64,000 bases of DNA from a virus. Both the position numbers and the translations under genes were made by a program. Shown here piece by piece: positions 8,776 through 18,203 of the stretch. Under the pieces are notes generated by a model, which did not search any database, was not told the origin of the DNA, and saw only the letters and a program-made list of their open reading frames with translations. Positions within the stretch are counted from its first letter, which is position 1; each line of letters opens with the position of its first letter. The stretch lies in the IMG/VR virus record IMGVR_UViG_3300035661_000025, positions 32,401-96,400 of that record. The stretch is one strand, 5' to 3'.

Positions 8776-9324
8776 ATGTTTGGTTTATTTAAAAGAAAAT
8801 TAAATTTTGTTGACAAAACAGAAAGATTGGTCAATTACACATTTCCTAAAGCTATAGTATCGAGTTTCAATGATAAATTCCCAGGTAAGTTTGACGAAGC
8901 GGAAAAAGGTTTAAAGTTATTCTTCTTTTTGATATTGTGGAATGAAGAAGCCAATTTTTCTGATATGATAGAAATGTATAATAAAAACGCTAATGAGTTG
9001 TGGAATATATTTCTATCAGATGCTAAAGAATATGCAGATTTTTGTGACCATGTGTTTGGACACTTTATTCATTATACTTCATACGATACAGAAAAAGAAT
9101 TAGAGGAGTACTTCATTAAAGCTAGCCGAGAAGTTTTAATCGCTCTTGATAAAATTCAAAGAAGCGATAATGATTCTCACCTATATATGATAACGTGTTT
9201 GGATTTAGATACAAAAATCAAACCTTCAGGACCTATTATGTCATCTGAAACAGATGACTCTCAAACAGATACCCGTTATTCGGAAAATGCATTAGTTTAT
9301 TTATCTTCAGTATTATATATCTGA
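8776..9324 (+). CDS. glycine-rich-domain-containing family protein (degenerate)
   Basis: ANELWNIFL...EYADFCDHVFGHFIHY matches the family core WH..IL...Y..FC...FG.F.HH; Ser/Cys/Gly tail lies out of frame downstream. Confidence 0.6.
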   Translation: MFGLFKRKLNFVDKTERLVNYTFPKAIVSSFNDKFPGKFDEAEKGLKLFFFLILWNEEANFSDMIEMYNKNANELWNIFLSDAKEYADFCDHVFGHFIHYTSYDTEKELEEYFIKASREVLIALDKIQRSDNDSHLYMITCLDLDTKIKPSGPIMSSETDDSQTDTRYSENALVYLSSVLYI

Positions 9325-9556
9325 TTCACCGTATCTTTAGTTATTTAAGTTCATCTTGTAGCTTAAGCTCATGTAGCGTTGGAGATGGTAAATGTGAATA
9401 GCGTTTATAGGCAACTTAAACTAATTTTAAGGTTATTAGACAGATTATGAAATGTATTCTTTAGAAGAAAAATCTAAAGAAACTTTTGGAAGCTCACGAA
9501 TACCTCAAACATAAAAAGGTAAGTTAAATTATACTTATGAAAAAAGGATTTCAAAA

Positions 9557-10495
9557 ATGATTAATGAATATATTAAACACTTGTCACTGAATGACAAGAA
9601 AACACTTACTCAAAAAACTCTAAAGCTTGCAGAAGAGCTTGGTGAATTGTCTAAAGTTATTCTTCCTTTTGAAGGAGCTTATGCTACAAATCATCGGATG
9701 TATGATACTCAGAAAATTTTAGAGGAGCTTGCTGATATTCATTTGGTAAATCAATCAATTTTATATTCTATGGGTTTTTCATATTCAGATTTTGATAATA
9801 TGGTTATCAATAAATCAAAAAAGTGGCAACAGCTTCAAATTAAGGAAGATTTTTCCTTGTCAAAAAGCGATCTTATGCCATATGAAATTCACATTACTGT
9901 AAATACTGAAGATGGTATTGATATTCAACAATACAAAGAAGATTGTGATGAGATTGGAGTTAAGCCTATAGTCCTTGCATTGCAAGATCAATCTGCAGTA
10001 AAAGTTATGAATGATGTTATGACTTCTAGTAAATTTGTTGGTAATAATGGAGAAGCTTTCAAAGAAATGACTAGTATATCAGACGCTTTAGCTAATAAAG
10101 GATACACCGTTATTAGAAATAAAATTGAGGCAAGTTATTGGCATCCTAAAGCTCCTTTTAAACAAGCGGGTGATACAAAAATGCCAGAGGGTTGTTATTT
10201 TGAATGTCATTTTAACGTAGAATGTACTGATGAAAAATTATCAGTCTTATCTGAAATTGCTAAGGCACGTAAATGTCATTTATCTCAAAATGTATTTAAG
10301 GTAAAAGAAGATGGTGTGTTTACAATAATGATGACTTATCGAAGTTATACCCAAATGTTTGAAGATTTTGATGAACATTTGAACTCAATAAAATATGATC
10401 TCAATATGTTTGGATTTCCGCTTGAAAAAGAAATTGTGGAGTTCTGCGTTTATGATTCCAAAATAACACATGATGCTAAATGGTTAGAAGCATAA
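9557..10495 (+). CDS. MazG-like NTP pyrophosphohydrolase fused to unknown C-terminal domain
   Basis: KLAEELGEL...EELADI; C-domain with YEIHITV and YFECHF. Confidence 0.75.
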   Translation: MINEYIKHLSLNDKKTLTQKTLKLAEELGELSKVILPFEGAYATNHRMYDTQKILEELADIHLVNQSILYSMGFSYSDFDNMVINKSKKWQQLQIKEDFSLSKSDLMPYEIHITVNTEDGIDIQQYKEDCDEIGVKPIVLALQDQSAVKVMNDVMTSSKFVGNNGEAFKEMTSISDALANKGYTVIRNKIEASYWHPKAPFKQAGDTKMPEGCYFECHFNVECTDEKLSVLSEIAKARKCHLSQNVFKVKEDGVFTIMMTYRSYTQMFEDFDEHLNSIKYDLNMFGFPLEKEIVEFCVYDSKITHDAKWLEA

Positions 10496-10624
10496 TTTAA
10501 TTTTAACTTCAATATTAATATGTTATAATTATGTTAAGAAAAGAAATAGCGAAAAATGTAAGAATACTAACGAAGAAACCTTAGGTTCAACCTATATTTT
10601 TTAATTTATGTTAAAGGAAATATC

Positions 10625-10780
10625 ATGCCAGTAAAAGATCTAATTGATTTTTTATCTACATTAGATTCAGAAACCATTCTATATAAATGTTATGTAGAAC
10701 AAACTCCTGGAAATTTTCAAGAACTGATTTTACCAGTTATAGATGAAACTGGAGATTTAATTTTCCAAAAAGGAAAATAA
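10625..10780 (+). CDS. small hypothetical protein (51 aa, not in ORF track)
   Basis: AAGGA RBS; MPVKDLIDFLSTLD... Confidence 0.55.
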   Translation: MPVKDLIDFLSTLDSETILYKCYVEQTPGNFQELILPVIDETGDLIFQKGK

Positions 10781-11137
10781 ATGGTATCTAAAAAAATATT
10801 AGATGCTGTTTTGGGGTTGAATATAAGACAATTTGAAATAGTTGGTAATGATATTATATATCAAGTTTTTGAAATGTCTAAAGATGAAAAAATTAACATC
10901 TATGAACTTGCACATAAATGCAAAGAATGGGCTGTTATGTTACAACCAAACAAACAAGCGCTTTCCTCTTACCCACGATGGGGTAATCATAAAGACTATC
11001 CAGAAACAAACGGACACTATTATATTTGTCAACATTTGGTTACTGGCGTACAATTTGAAGCAGAAACAGAGCCAGAAGCAATATTTAAAGCTTGTGAATG
11101 GATATTAGATAATTGTTTAAAAATCTCTTTTAATTGA
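10781..11137 (+). CDS. hypothetical phage protein
   Basis: INIYELAHKCKEWA...ETEPEAIFKACEWIL; AAGGA RBS. Confidence 0.7.
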   Translation: MVSKKILDAVLGLNIRQFEIVGNDIIYQVFEMSKDEKINIYELAHKCKEWAVMLQPNKQALSSYPRWGNHKDYPETNGHYYICQHLVTGVQFEAETEPEAIFKACEWILDNCLKISFN

Positions 11138-11199
11138 TACAATTCAATACAGTAACATCAAAGGTATAGACTCCAATATTACAATGAATAAGGATTAAA

Positions 11200-12252
11200 A
11201 TGCCAGAAAAATACCACTCATATCGTAACCATATAAAACCTATGCTTATGAGAATAAAAGATGATATTCATCTTAACGGAATAGATGGGGAGTCTAAAAA
11301 ACGAATTTTATATTTAGCTGCAATATTTCATGATATATATAATGTTGCTGGGAATATCAAAAATGAAGAAAACAGTGCTGAATATTTTCTTCATTGTTAT
11401 CATAATAAACAATTCATTTTGCCGGCATTGTTTTTTGAGTCCTCATTTAAAGATAATTTATCTATAAATCATCAGTTTATTGTAAATGCTTATGAAGATG
11501 GTTTTATTCCTTTCAATATAATAGAAAATGTTACTGAAGAAGAAAAAGATAAAATCATTGAATTGATTATGAACACCAAAGATACTTTTAATAAAAGACA
11601 CGGAGATGAACTAGGTCATTATTTTTATTTGCTTGATACTTATATACTCCGAGAGGGATTTTATGATTTAATTCAATATGAACATGGCATTTATAATGAA
11701 TATAAAAACAAATATACTCTTGCTGAATATAAAAAAGGTAGAATTGAGTTCCTGCAAAAATGTCTAGAAGAAATTCAAACAGTAAATGAATATGGAATAA
11801 AACAATTAATAAAATACGTTGAAGAAAGAGATTATGGATCTGTAGGAATTTTTGCTGGATCTTTTAATCCATTTCATATTGGTCATAAAAATGTTCTAGA
11901 ACAAGCAAAACGAGATTTTGATAAAGTTATAGTTATACAAATGCAGGATTTTAATAAACCAGTAAATGAATATCGAATGCCTAAATTGAAAGATTGTTTA
12001 GTAATTACTTCAAATGAGACGTTAGTAAACGTATTTGAAACTTACAAACAAGGACATAGAAGCGCTAGCATAGTTAGAGCTCTAAGAAATGGAGATGATC
12101 TTCAACACGAACAAAACTTGAAATTGGTTGTACATGATTTTAATAAACATGTTAGATTTACATACTATCTTGCGGATGAAGGTTTTAGTCATATCTCATC
12201 ATCTCTTGTAAGATCTCTTCCTGATGATCTGAGAGGAAAATATCTTGTTTGA
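11200..12252 (+). CDS. coaD: HD-domain phosphohydrolase fused to phosphopantetheine adenylyltransferase (CoaD)-like domain
   Basis: YH..H, AAIFHDIY, NEENSA (HD); FAGSFNPFHIGH, IVRALRNGDD..E, HISSSLVR (HIGH nucleotidyltransferase, CoaD type). Confidence 0.8.
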   Translation: MPEKYHSYRNHIKPMLMRIKDDIHLNGIDGESKKRILYLAAIFHDIYNVAGNIKNEENSAEYFLHCYHNKQFILPALFFESSFKDNLSINHQFIVNAYEDGFIPFNIIENVTEEEKDKIIELIMNTKDTFNKRHGDELGHYFYLLDTYILREGFYDLIQYEHGIYNEYKNKYTLAEYKKGRIEFLQKCLEEIQTVNEYGIKQLIKYVEERDYGSVGIFAGSFNPFHIGHKNVLEQAKRDFDKVIVIQMQDFNKPVNEYRMPKLKDCLVITSNETLVNVFETYKQGHRSASIVRALRNGDDLQHEQNLKLVVHDFNKHVRFTYYLADEGFSHISSSLVRSLPDDLRGKYLV

Positions 12253-12514
12253 TAAATCTTACATATATAACTCATCTGAATTTAAAATAACAGAATCATT
12301 ACTTCAGAACTTAAAAAATAATGATGTAATAAGCGATTATGAAATAAAAGTAAATTCAGGATATGAAAATACTATAAATGATATAGAGCAGGAATTATCC
12401 GACATTCCCAAGCATGGTCATAGACACATTCATTTACTACAAAATCCATTAATAAATGTTAACATTTACCCAAAACGGGCTATAGAACACATCACTATAT
12501 CCATAAATATTTAA
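12245..12514 (+). CDS. stand-alone protein resembling tail-sheath C-terminal domain
   Basis: LLQNLKNNDVISDYEIKV...NT...INVNIYPKRAIEHITISI pattern. Confidence 0.5.
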   Translation: MFDKSYIYNSSEFKITESLLQNLKNNDVISDYEIKVNSGYENTINDIEQELSDIPKHGHRHIHLLQNPLINVNIYPKRAIEHITISINI

Positions 12515-12526
12515 AAAGGATAAGAC

Positions 12527-12676
12527 ATGGAAAAAGATAATCGAGAAGAAAAATTACAAATTGAATTAGATGAATTATTGTCTCTTTATGAATACATGCC
12601 TGATGAAGATAAAAAGAAAATGCTGATAGATATTATTAGACTTGAAGATGAAATAGATTATTTAACCAAAGGATAA
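12527..12676 (+). CDS. small acidic protein (49 aa, not in ORF track)
   Basis: AAGGA RBS; MEKDNREEKLQIEL...LTKG*. Confidence 0.55.
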   Translation: MEKDNREEKLQIELDELLSLYEYMPDEDKKKMLIDIIRLEDEIDYLTKG

Positions 12677-12679
12677 GTC

Positions 12680-13405
12680 ATAAAATTCGCTCCATATAGT
12701 TACTCAAAAATATCATCATTTGCCTGCCCTAACCGATTCAAATTATCTTATATAGATAAGATTAAGGTTTCCAACACTAGTCCTGCTTTAGAAAAAGGGA
12801 CTTTCGTACATCTTGTATTGGAGAATTATGAAACGTTTAAGCAATCTAATTTTCGAGATTTTCCTGATTTTAATTTTAGTGTCCTTACTTCAGACGAGCA
12901 AGAAACAGCTAAACAAATAGTTAAAAAGTTTATAGACTCAGACATAGGAAAATATTATCTAGAAAATAATGAAGTCATAGGTGAAGAAGTCGAATTTGGT
13001 TTAGATAAAAAATTAAATCCCGTTGGGTATTATAGCAAAGAAGCCATAATACGTGGAAAGATTGACAAACTAATCATCAAAGATTCTGAATATATCATAA
13101 TAGATTACAAAACTGGAAAATTTCCAGAAGCGCAATATCACGATAATGGTCAAGGTATTTTATATGCATTATGGTTTTTTAGAAAGTATCCAGAAATACA
13201 AGAAATAAAAATGACTTATGTGTTTGTGGAGCATCTAAAAGAACATGTGTACACATTCAAAAGACAATACCTTCAAAATTATGCAACATTATATAGCAAT
13301 AAAATCATAAAGATAGAAAAATGTGAAGATTATGTAAAAAATGAAACGAAGCTTTGTGATTATTGTGATTATAGAAAATCAGGGTATTGTTTTCCTGAAA
13401 CATAA
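12680..13405 (+). CDS. Cas4-like/RecB-family PD-(D/E)xK nuclease
   Basis: SYSKISSFACP...GTFVHLVLE upstream of annotated TTG; E, RGKID, IDYKTG, Q..LYA, CDYCDY...C; probable ATA start behind AAGGA. Confidence 0.85.
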   Translation: MKFAPYSYSKISSFACPNRFKLSYIDKIKVSNTSPALEKGTFVHLVLENYETFKQSNFRDFPDFNFSVLTSDEQETAKQIVKKFIDSDIGKYYLENNEVIGEEVEFGLDKKLNPVGYYSKEAIIRGKIDKLIIKDSEYIIIDYKTGKFPEAQYHDNGQGILYALWFFRKYPEIQEIKMTYVFVEHLKEHVYTFKRQYLQNYATLYSNKIIKIEKCEDYVKNETKLCDYCDYRKSGYCFPET

Positions 13406-13433
13406 ATAATTTAAATTTTATTAAGGATTTTCA

Positions 13434-13805
13434 ATGAAAAAATATATCGCAGAGTTAGACAGAGATTCAATAAGCTTAGATTTAGGTTTTAAAATCGCTG
13501 TAATTCATAATGGAACTGTTTATTCAGAATCTGAAGTTACAACTAAATTCCCAAAATATTTCAAAGAAGTAAAAGGTGAAGAAACAGATTCAGTTGCTAA
13601 AGAGGAAATTTTGTTAGTAGATGATTCATCTAAAGTTGAAGTTAAAACTGAAGAAGCTCCAGTTGAGCAATCGGAAGTAGATTCATCTACAGCGGAAGAA
13701 GCTCCAGTTGAAGTTAAAGTTGAAGAAATTCAAGAAGCTCCAGTTGAGTCATCAGAAGATGACTCAACTTCTGATGAGCAAAAAACTTCTCGTAAAAAAT
13801 CGTAA
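13434..13805 (+). CDS. acidic low-complexity late protein
   Basis: EAPVE x3; CATAAATA at 13401. Confidence 0.7.
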   Translation: MKKYIAELDRDSISLDLGFKIAVIHNGTVYSESEVTTKFPKYFKEVKGEETDSVAKEEILLVDDSSKVEVKTEEAPVEQSEVDSSTAEEAPVEVKVEEIQEAPVESSEDDSTSDEQKTSRKKS

Positions 13806-13814
13806 GGCTGATTT

Positions 13815-14543
13815 ATGGCTACCATAAAAACTAAAAATGATTTGTCTGAGTATATACTAAGAAAATTAGGTAGCCCGGTTATTGATGTAGAGGTTTCTCC
13901 TGACCAACTATCAGATATTATAGACTCTGTAATTAGAGAATATTCAGAATATGCTATGGATGGTCAAGAAGAAAAATGTTTTATTATACCTTTGGATAAA
14001 GATATAAAAACGTACATTTTAGATGACCATATTTACTCAATAATCAATCTTAGAACGGCATCTAATTATTCTCCGTTCTCTATTCCTGGTGGATATATTA
14101 TTAATAACACATACAATTTCTTAGGATTTGGAAACAACGGACCTATGAGTCTTAGTGATATTCAGATGTTGACTACACAGTTTCAAATGATTCAAGATTA
14201 TTTCAATATTCCTATAAATCATACTTATAACGCTAACAACAACAAATTAATCTTTTTAGATGAGACTAATATAACTAATACTCATATGTTAGTTCATTGT
14301 TGGAGTTATTATAACCCAGATGAAGTAGATGGTATTTTTAATCATCCTTGGATTAAAGACATGAGTGTAGCTAAAGCTAAATTGCAATGGGCTACAAACT
14401 TAGGCAAATATAATGCACCTCTTATAAATGGAGCTACTATAAATTATAGCGACATTTATTCTCAAGGTCAAACAGAAGAGGAACGTTTACATCAAGAATT
14501 GCTTGATAGATGGTCACCTCCATTAGGAATAACAGTAGGTTAA
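13815..14543 (+). CDS. gp13: neck protein gp13-like
   Basis: YILRKLGSPVIDVEV..DQL; WIKD...AKAKLQWATNLGKY...NG. Confidence 0.9.
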   Translation: MATIKTKNDLSEYILRKLGSPVIDVEVSPDQLSDIIDSVIREYSEYAMDGQEEKCFIIPLDKDIKTYILDDHIYSIINLRTASNYSPFSIPGGYIINNTYNFLGFGNNGPMSLSDIQMLTTQFQMIQDYFNIPINHTYNANNNKLIFLDETNITNTHMLVHCWSYYNPDEVDGIFNHPWIKDMSVAKAKLQWATNLGKYNAPLINGATINYSDIYSQGQTEEERLHQELLDRWSPPLGITVG

Positions 14544-14545
14544 AA

Positions 14546-14770
14546 ATGAAAACATTTAAATATATAGCAGAAAATGATCTTAACGAAGCAATGAAGCTTC
14601 CTGATATTATTTCCAAATTAAATAAAATTCACAAACAAATAGGTGAATTAGCTAATCAACTAGATAAAGATCTTTATGATTCTTCTAAAGTTTCTAATAG
14701 TGTTAACCCGATTTTAAACGGAATTAAAGATCTAATTGAAAAATTGAGTAAAGGTAAATTAAACTCATGA
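14546..14770 (+). CDS. small late protein with capsid-targeting-like leader
   Basis: Start reassigned to ATG 14546: MKTFKYIAENDLNE-A. Confidence 0.65.
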   Translation: MKTFKYIAENDLNEAMKLPDIISKLNKIHKQIGELANQLDKDLYDSSKVSNSVNPILNGIKDLIEKLSKGKLNS

Positions 14771-15111
14771 ATAAGTTTAAAGAATTTGTTCTAGACTCAA
14801 TGAATGAAGCTGGTGTTAAACCCTTCATCAAAAAAGTTGGTAAAAAAACGTGGGTAGTTAAAATAAATGCCTTGGGTTCAGACCAAGGATTTGCTGAGTA
14901 TAATTTCGGTCAACAAATCGATCCATTAAAAAAGGTAAAAGCTTGGAAAGAAGATGCTAAAAAAGAGTATGTTGATGCAAAAGGTAAAGCAACATTACAA
15001 GCTGTAAAAGATTGGATTAAAGTTAAAAATCCTTCTGAATTTTATGCTTCATGGGAATCTGATTCACCAACATATAAAGATGATTCTGTAGAAATCTTTT
15101 ACAAAGATTAA
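14767..15111 (+). CDS. late protein with capsid-targeting-like leader
   Basis: MNKFKEFVLDSMNE-A. Confidence 0.7.
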   Translation: MNKFKEFVLDSMNEAGVKPFIKKVGKKTWVVKINALGSDQGFAEYNFGQQIDPLKKVKAWKEDAKKEYVDAKGKATLQAVKDWIKVKNPSEFYASWESDSPTYKDDSVEIFYKD

Positions 15112-15572
15112 AACAGATCTTCCTCTGTAATAATACGAAATTCCAGTTTATTTAAATCACAAAATTCTCTAGCCGCTTTCCATTTACATTGGTTAGTGAT
15201 ATATGTTTTCATAGCTTTCTCAAAACCTAAAACGCTTTTAGATGTTTTCTTTTTGGGTGGTTTTGGAGGCATAGTTTCTTTTAATGGTTTTATTTCCACT
15301 AAACATCTTCTAATATTTCCCCCACTATCTTCATATTCCATATATAAGTCTACAAAATATCTATGCATTTTTTGATCTGCCTCATTAAAATAAGGTATAG
15401 GAAATGGTTCTGAGCTCCACTTTTTTACAGCTGGGTTCATGTCACAAAATAAGAAAAACCGTTCCTCCCAGCTAGACATATATCTTATTCCTTTTCCAGA
15501 AGTTAATGATTGTTTGGAGTTAATATATTTTTCTGGTTTTTTTAGGTTATACCATCCTTGTTTCGGTGCCAT
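15108..15572 (-). CDS. gp4: head completion nuclease gp4-like (TnsA-type)
   Basis: PEKY, SSWE, WSSE..IPY, HRYFVD, EIKP, N..KW.AA, ITEEDL. Confidence 0.92.
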   Translation of the reverse strand: MAPKQGWYNLKKPEKYINSKQSLTSGKGIRYMSSWEERFFLFCDMNPAVKKWSSEPFPIPYFNEADQKMHRYFVDLYMEYEDSGGNIRRCLVEIKPLKETMPPKPPKKKTSKSVLGFEKAMKTYITNQCKWKAAREFCDLNKLEFRIITEEDLF

Positions 15573-15690
15573 GTTATTCCTTTTACAATGTAAGTAATTT
15601 GTATAACTGAATTATTCTTATAACTTCCAATGTGATAAAATTTTCCAGCTTAAAAAAAGTCCGATTGATATGAAAAATACCTTTTTTGAA

Positions 15691-15702
15691 TATTTATAAA
15701 TA
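15691..15702. promoter_or_regulatory. overlapping divergent late promoters
   Basis: Palindrome TATTTATAAATA between divergent gp4 and capsid-family genes. Confidence 0.7.
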
Positions 15703-15728
15703 CATCAATTAATAACTAAGGACATTTT

Positions 15729-16667
15729 ATGAAGAAATCACAGTTAGATTTAATTATTGAAAATTCAATAAAAACAAAAATTCAAGAACTAGTGAAAATG
15801 GATGAAGCTACTACAAGTGCAGATATTGTACCTACGGATAGAATTATTGGAGAACTTATTAAAGAAGTTTACCCATCTTCACTTGCAGGACAAATTTGTA
15901 GTATACAACCATTAACAGGTCCAGAAGGTCATATTATTGCAATTGGCCGTAAACGTGATGCAAATGATAATGTTATTGAAGGACCTGGTTCAGGTATAGA
16001 AACACGTAGAACTTTAGTAACAGCAAAAGATCACATTTTAGAAACAGATTTCACTATTGAATTTATACAAGATATGATTAATTTGTATGGAGAAGATGGT
16101 TATAGTTTCCTAGCAGCTTGGTTGAAAAACACATTAATTGAAGATATGAATAGTGCATTAATTGCTGATATTCGTGCATGTGCAGGAGATGCAGGGCATC
16201 TCATTCCTAAAACAGATTCTGATTTTGATGGTGGTACACACTCAATCATCTATAAAGCACAAAAACTTTACGGGGAAATTCTATCAAAAACAAACCGTTT
16301 CTTTAACCCATTTGTAATCTGTACACCATCAATTGGTATGATGTTAACATTGGGTTCAGATTCAGTTGAGAAAACAGAACATAAAAACTACCTTGGGACT
16401 GTTGCAAATTTTCAGATTTATATCGATAACAATGCAACAGATGATTATGTAATCGTAGGACATCAAGGGAAAGACCCAGGTGATGCAGGATATATTTTCT
16501 CACCTTATGTAACACAGGTGTATGAATCCACATCAGGTCATGATGGTACAATGAAAATATTTGTTAATAACAGATACGCATTAACAAAAAATCCAGCAGA
16601 TCGTGATGAAACTGGCACAAATAGCGATTTCTTTTATAAATTTACAGTTGATCTTTCAGCGTTCTAA
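15729..16667 (+). CDS. gp23/gp24-family capsid protein (probable vertex/minor capsid)
   Basis: MDE-ATTSADI processing site, ICSIQPLTGPEG, DAGYIFSPY, RYAL..NP; shorter than a typical gp23. Confidence 0.8.
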   Translation: MKKSQLDLIIENSIKTKIQELVKMDEATTSADIVPTDRIIGELIKEVYPSSLAGQICSIQPLTGPEGHIIAIGRKRDANDNVIEGPGSGIETRRTLVTAKDHILETDFTIEFIQDMINLYGEDGYSFLAAWLKNTLIEDMNSALIADIRACAGDAGHLIPKTDSDFDGGTHSIIYKAQKLYGEILSKTNRFFNPFVICTPSIGMMLTLGSDSVEKTEHKNYLGTVANFQIYIDNNATDDYVIVGHQGKDPGDAGYIFSPYVTQVYESTSGHDGTMKIFVNNRYALTKNPADRDETGTNSDFFYKFTVDLSAF

Positions 16668-16677
16668 GGAATAATAA

Positions 16678-16995
16678 ATGAATTTTTCTGAATTTGCATT
16701 AAAGGATTTTATCATTGAAGGTGCAGTACCTTCAATTAAAGCTGTTAGAGAAAGAATAAAGATAATTACATCTTTGAATGAAAAACCAAAAACAGATCCA
16801 GTTTTTGAGATTCAACGATTATTAAGAATATCTGGATATAAAATAAAAAACACTTCGTATGATGCTAAAGGAAATGCTTACATTGAATTAGCATTTTCAA
16901 GCGATATAAAAGATGCTATGAAATATTTAGAAAATCTCGACAATCTACCAACAGAAGTAGAAATAAAAGACAACAAAATATTCGTTCATGCTTAA
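16678..16995 (+). CDS. hypothetical late protein
   Basis: AAGGA RBS; MNFSEF...IIE-G leader. Confidence 0.65.
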   Translation: MNFSEFALKDFIIEGAVPSIKAVRERIKIITSLNEKPKTDPVFEIQRLLRISGYKIKNTSYDAKGNAYIELAFSSDIKDAMKYLENLDNLPTEVEIKDNKIFVHA

Positions 16996-17642
16996 GCATC
17001 AGAAACCTTAATTGCAGGAACTTTAACACCTTTGTTATAGTAAGTTGTAATTAGGGTTTTTCCTTCTATCTTTTCAGTTCTCAAAATCTTATAATTAAAC
17101 TCTGCTTCTAATTCACCTGGCTTATTAAACTCTTTCATATCTTGTTTGGTTTTTTCAAAAAGTACCTGATCTGATGTTAAATGTCCTTTGACATATTTGT
17201 TAAACGCCATAGATAATTTCCAACGATGTGTTCCCATTTCATATATTTTTATACCCAAATCTTGTGACAATTTTCTAAGATCTTCATTACTTTTATATTT
17301 GAATATCACCATATAATCAGATGATAATGCTTCTGTCCAATAATCATTCATTACAAATTTAGAAATATTAGTAGCTGGATCTGTATCTCTTCTTAGAAGT
17401 AAATAAGCATCTTGAGATCGTTGCGGTACTATTGCGCTAACTAAATATCTCTCTTCAGCTTTTGGTTTAACATCAAAATCCACAAATTTAGGCATATCAG
17501 AGTCTGACACTTTTATATACCAATAATATGGAGGGCGAGTATCTACCCATTGAGAATATTCAATCCCATTATTTTGTAATGCGGATAACATTCTATTATA
17601 GTCAGAAACTTTATAATAAGGGTCTACCGTTATGTAAGCCAT
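16992..17642 (-). CDS. hypothetical late protein
   Basis: AAGGA RBS; TATAAATA on minus strand at 17684-17691. Confidence 0.7.
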   Translation of the reverse strand: MAYITVDPYYKVSDYNRMLSALQNNGIEYSQWVDTRPPYYWYIKVSDSDMPKFVDFDVKPKAEERYLVSAIVPQRSQDAYLLLRRDTDPATNISKFVMNDYWTEALSSDYMVIFKYKSNEDLRKLSQDLGIKIYEMGTHRWKLSMAFNKYVKGHLTSDQVLFEKTKQDMKEFNKPGELEAEFNYKILRTEKIEGKTLITTYYNKGVKVPAIKVSDA

Positions 17643-17661
17643 TTAAATCCTTCAATAGTTT

Positions 17662-17691
17662 TTAAGTTTTTTTATGTTATAATTATTTATA
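17662..17691. promoter_or_regulatory. early promoter (+) abutting late promoter (-)
   Basis: TTAAG-N8-TGTTATAAT immediately followed by TATTTATA. Confidence 0.7.
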
Positions 17692-17705
17692 AAACAAGGG
17701 AAACT

Positions 17706-18203
17706 ATGGATAAATTTGTTGATTTAAATATACCAGAAGAGTTTAGTCTTGAAGAACGTCTAGAATTTATGTCTAAGATGTGTGAAGAATCTGGATTGGC
17801 TGCGGGGATTTATTATTCAGATATCCATCTTGGCGGAAGAAATGGAGACAAAGTAATCTATTTTAACATAGCTAGAGGTATTCACACTATAAAAGAATTA
17901 AATTTAGATGAAAACAATCGTGGTTTTTATGCTATAAGTTTCTATGAAGATATTAAAAAAGACCCTTTAGCATTGACATTTGTAGATCAAAATCAAGTTC
18001 ATCATATGGGTTTTAGGCTAATAGAAGGAAATTATATATTAGGATCTTTTATTGATAATTTAATTTTTATATATGAACGATTGAATGAAGAAATAAACAA
18101 AAATAGAAAAGTTTTTGTTTCTGAAACCGAAGTAGATCGCAATGCATTAAAGAAAATTTTAGCTGATAAAATTCACCCATTCAGACCTGAAGTTTTCTTA
18201 TAA
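17706..18203 (+). CDS. hypothetical early protein ending RPEVFL
   Basis: ORF with RBS directly under early promoter. Confidence 0.7.
   Translation: MDKFVDLNIPEEFSLEERLEFMSKMCEESGLAAGIYYSDIHLGGRNGDKVIYFNIARGIHTIKELNLDENNRGFYAISFYEDIKKDPLALTFVDQNQVHHMGFRLIEGNYILGSFIDNLIFIYERLNEEINKNRKVFVSETEVDRNALKKILADKIHPFRPEVFL

Noticed and set aside
12680-13405. Cas4-like gene as part of a CRISPR-Cas locus
   Set aside because: No cas1/cas2 or array nearby; solo phage nuclease
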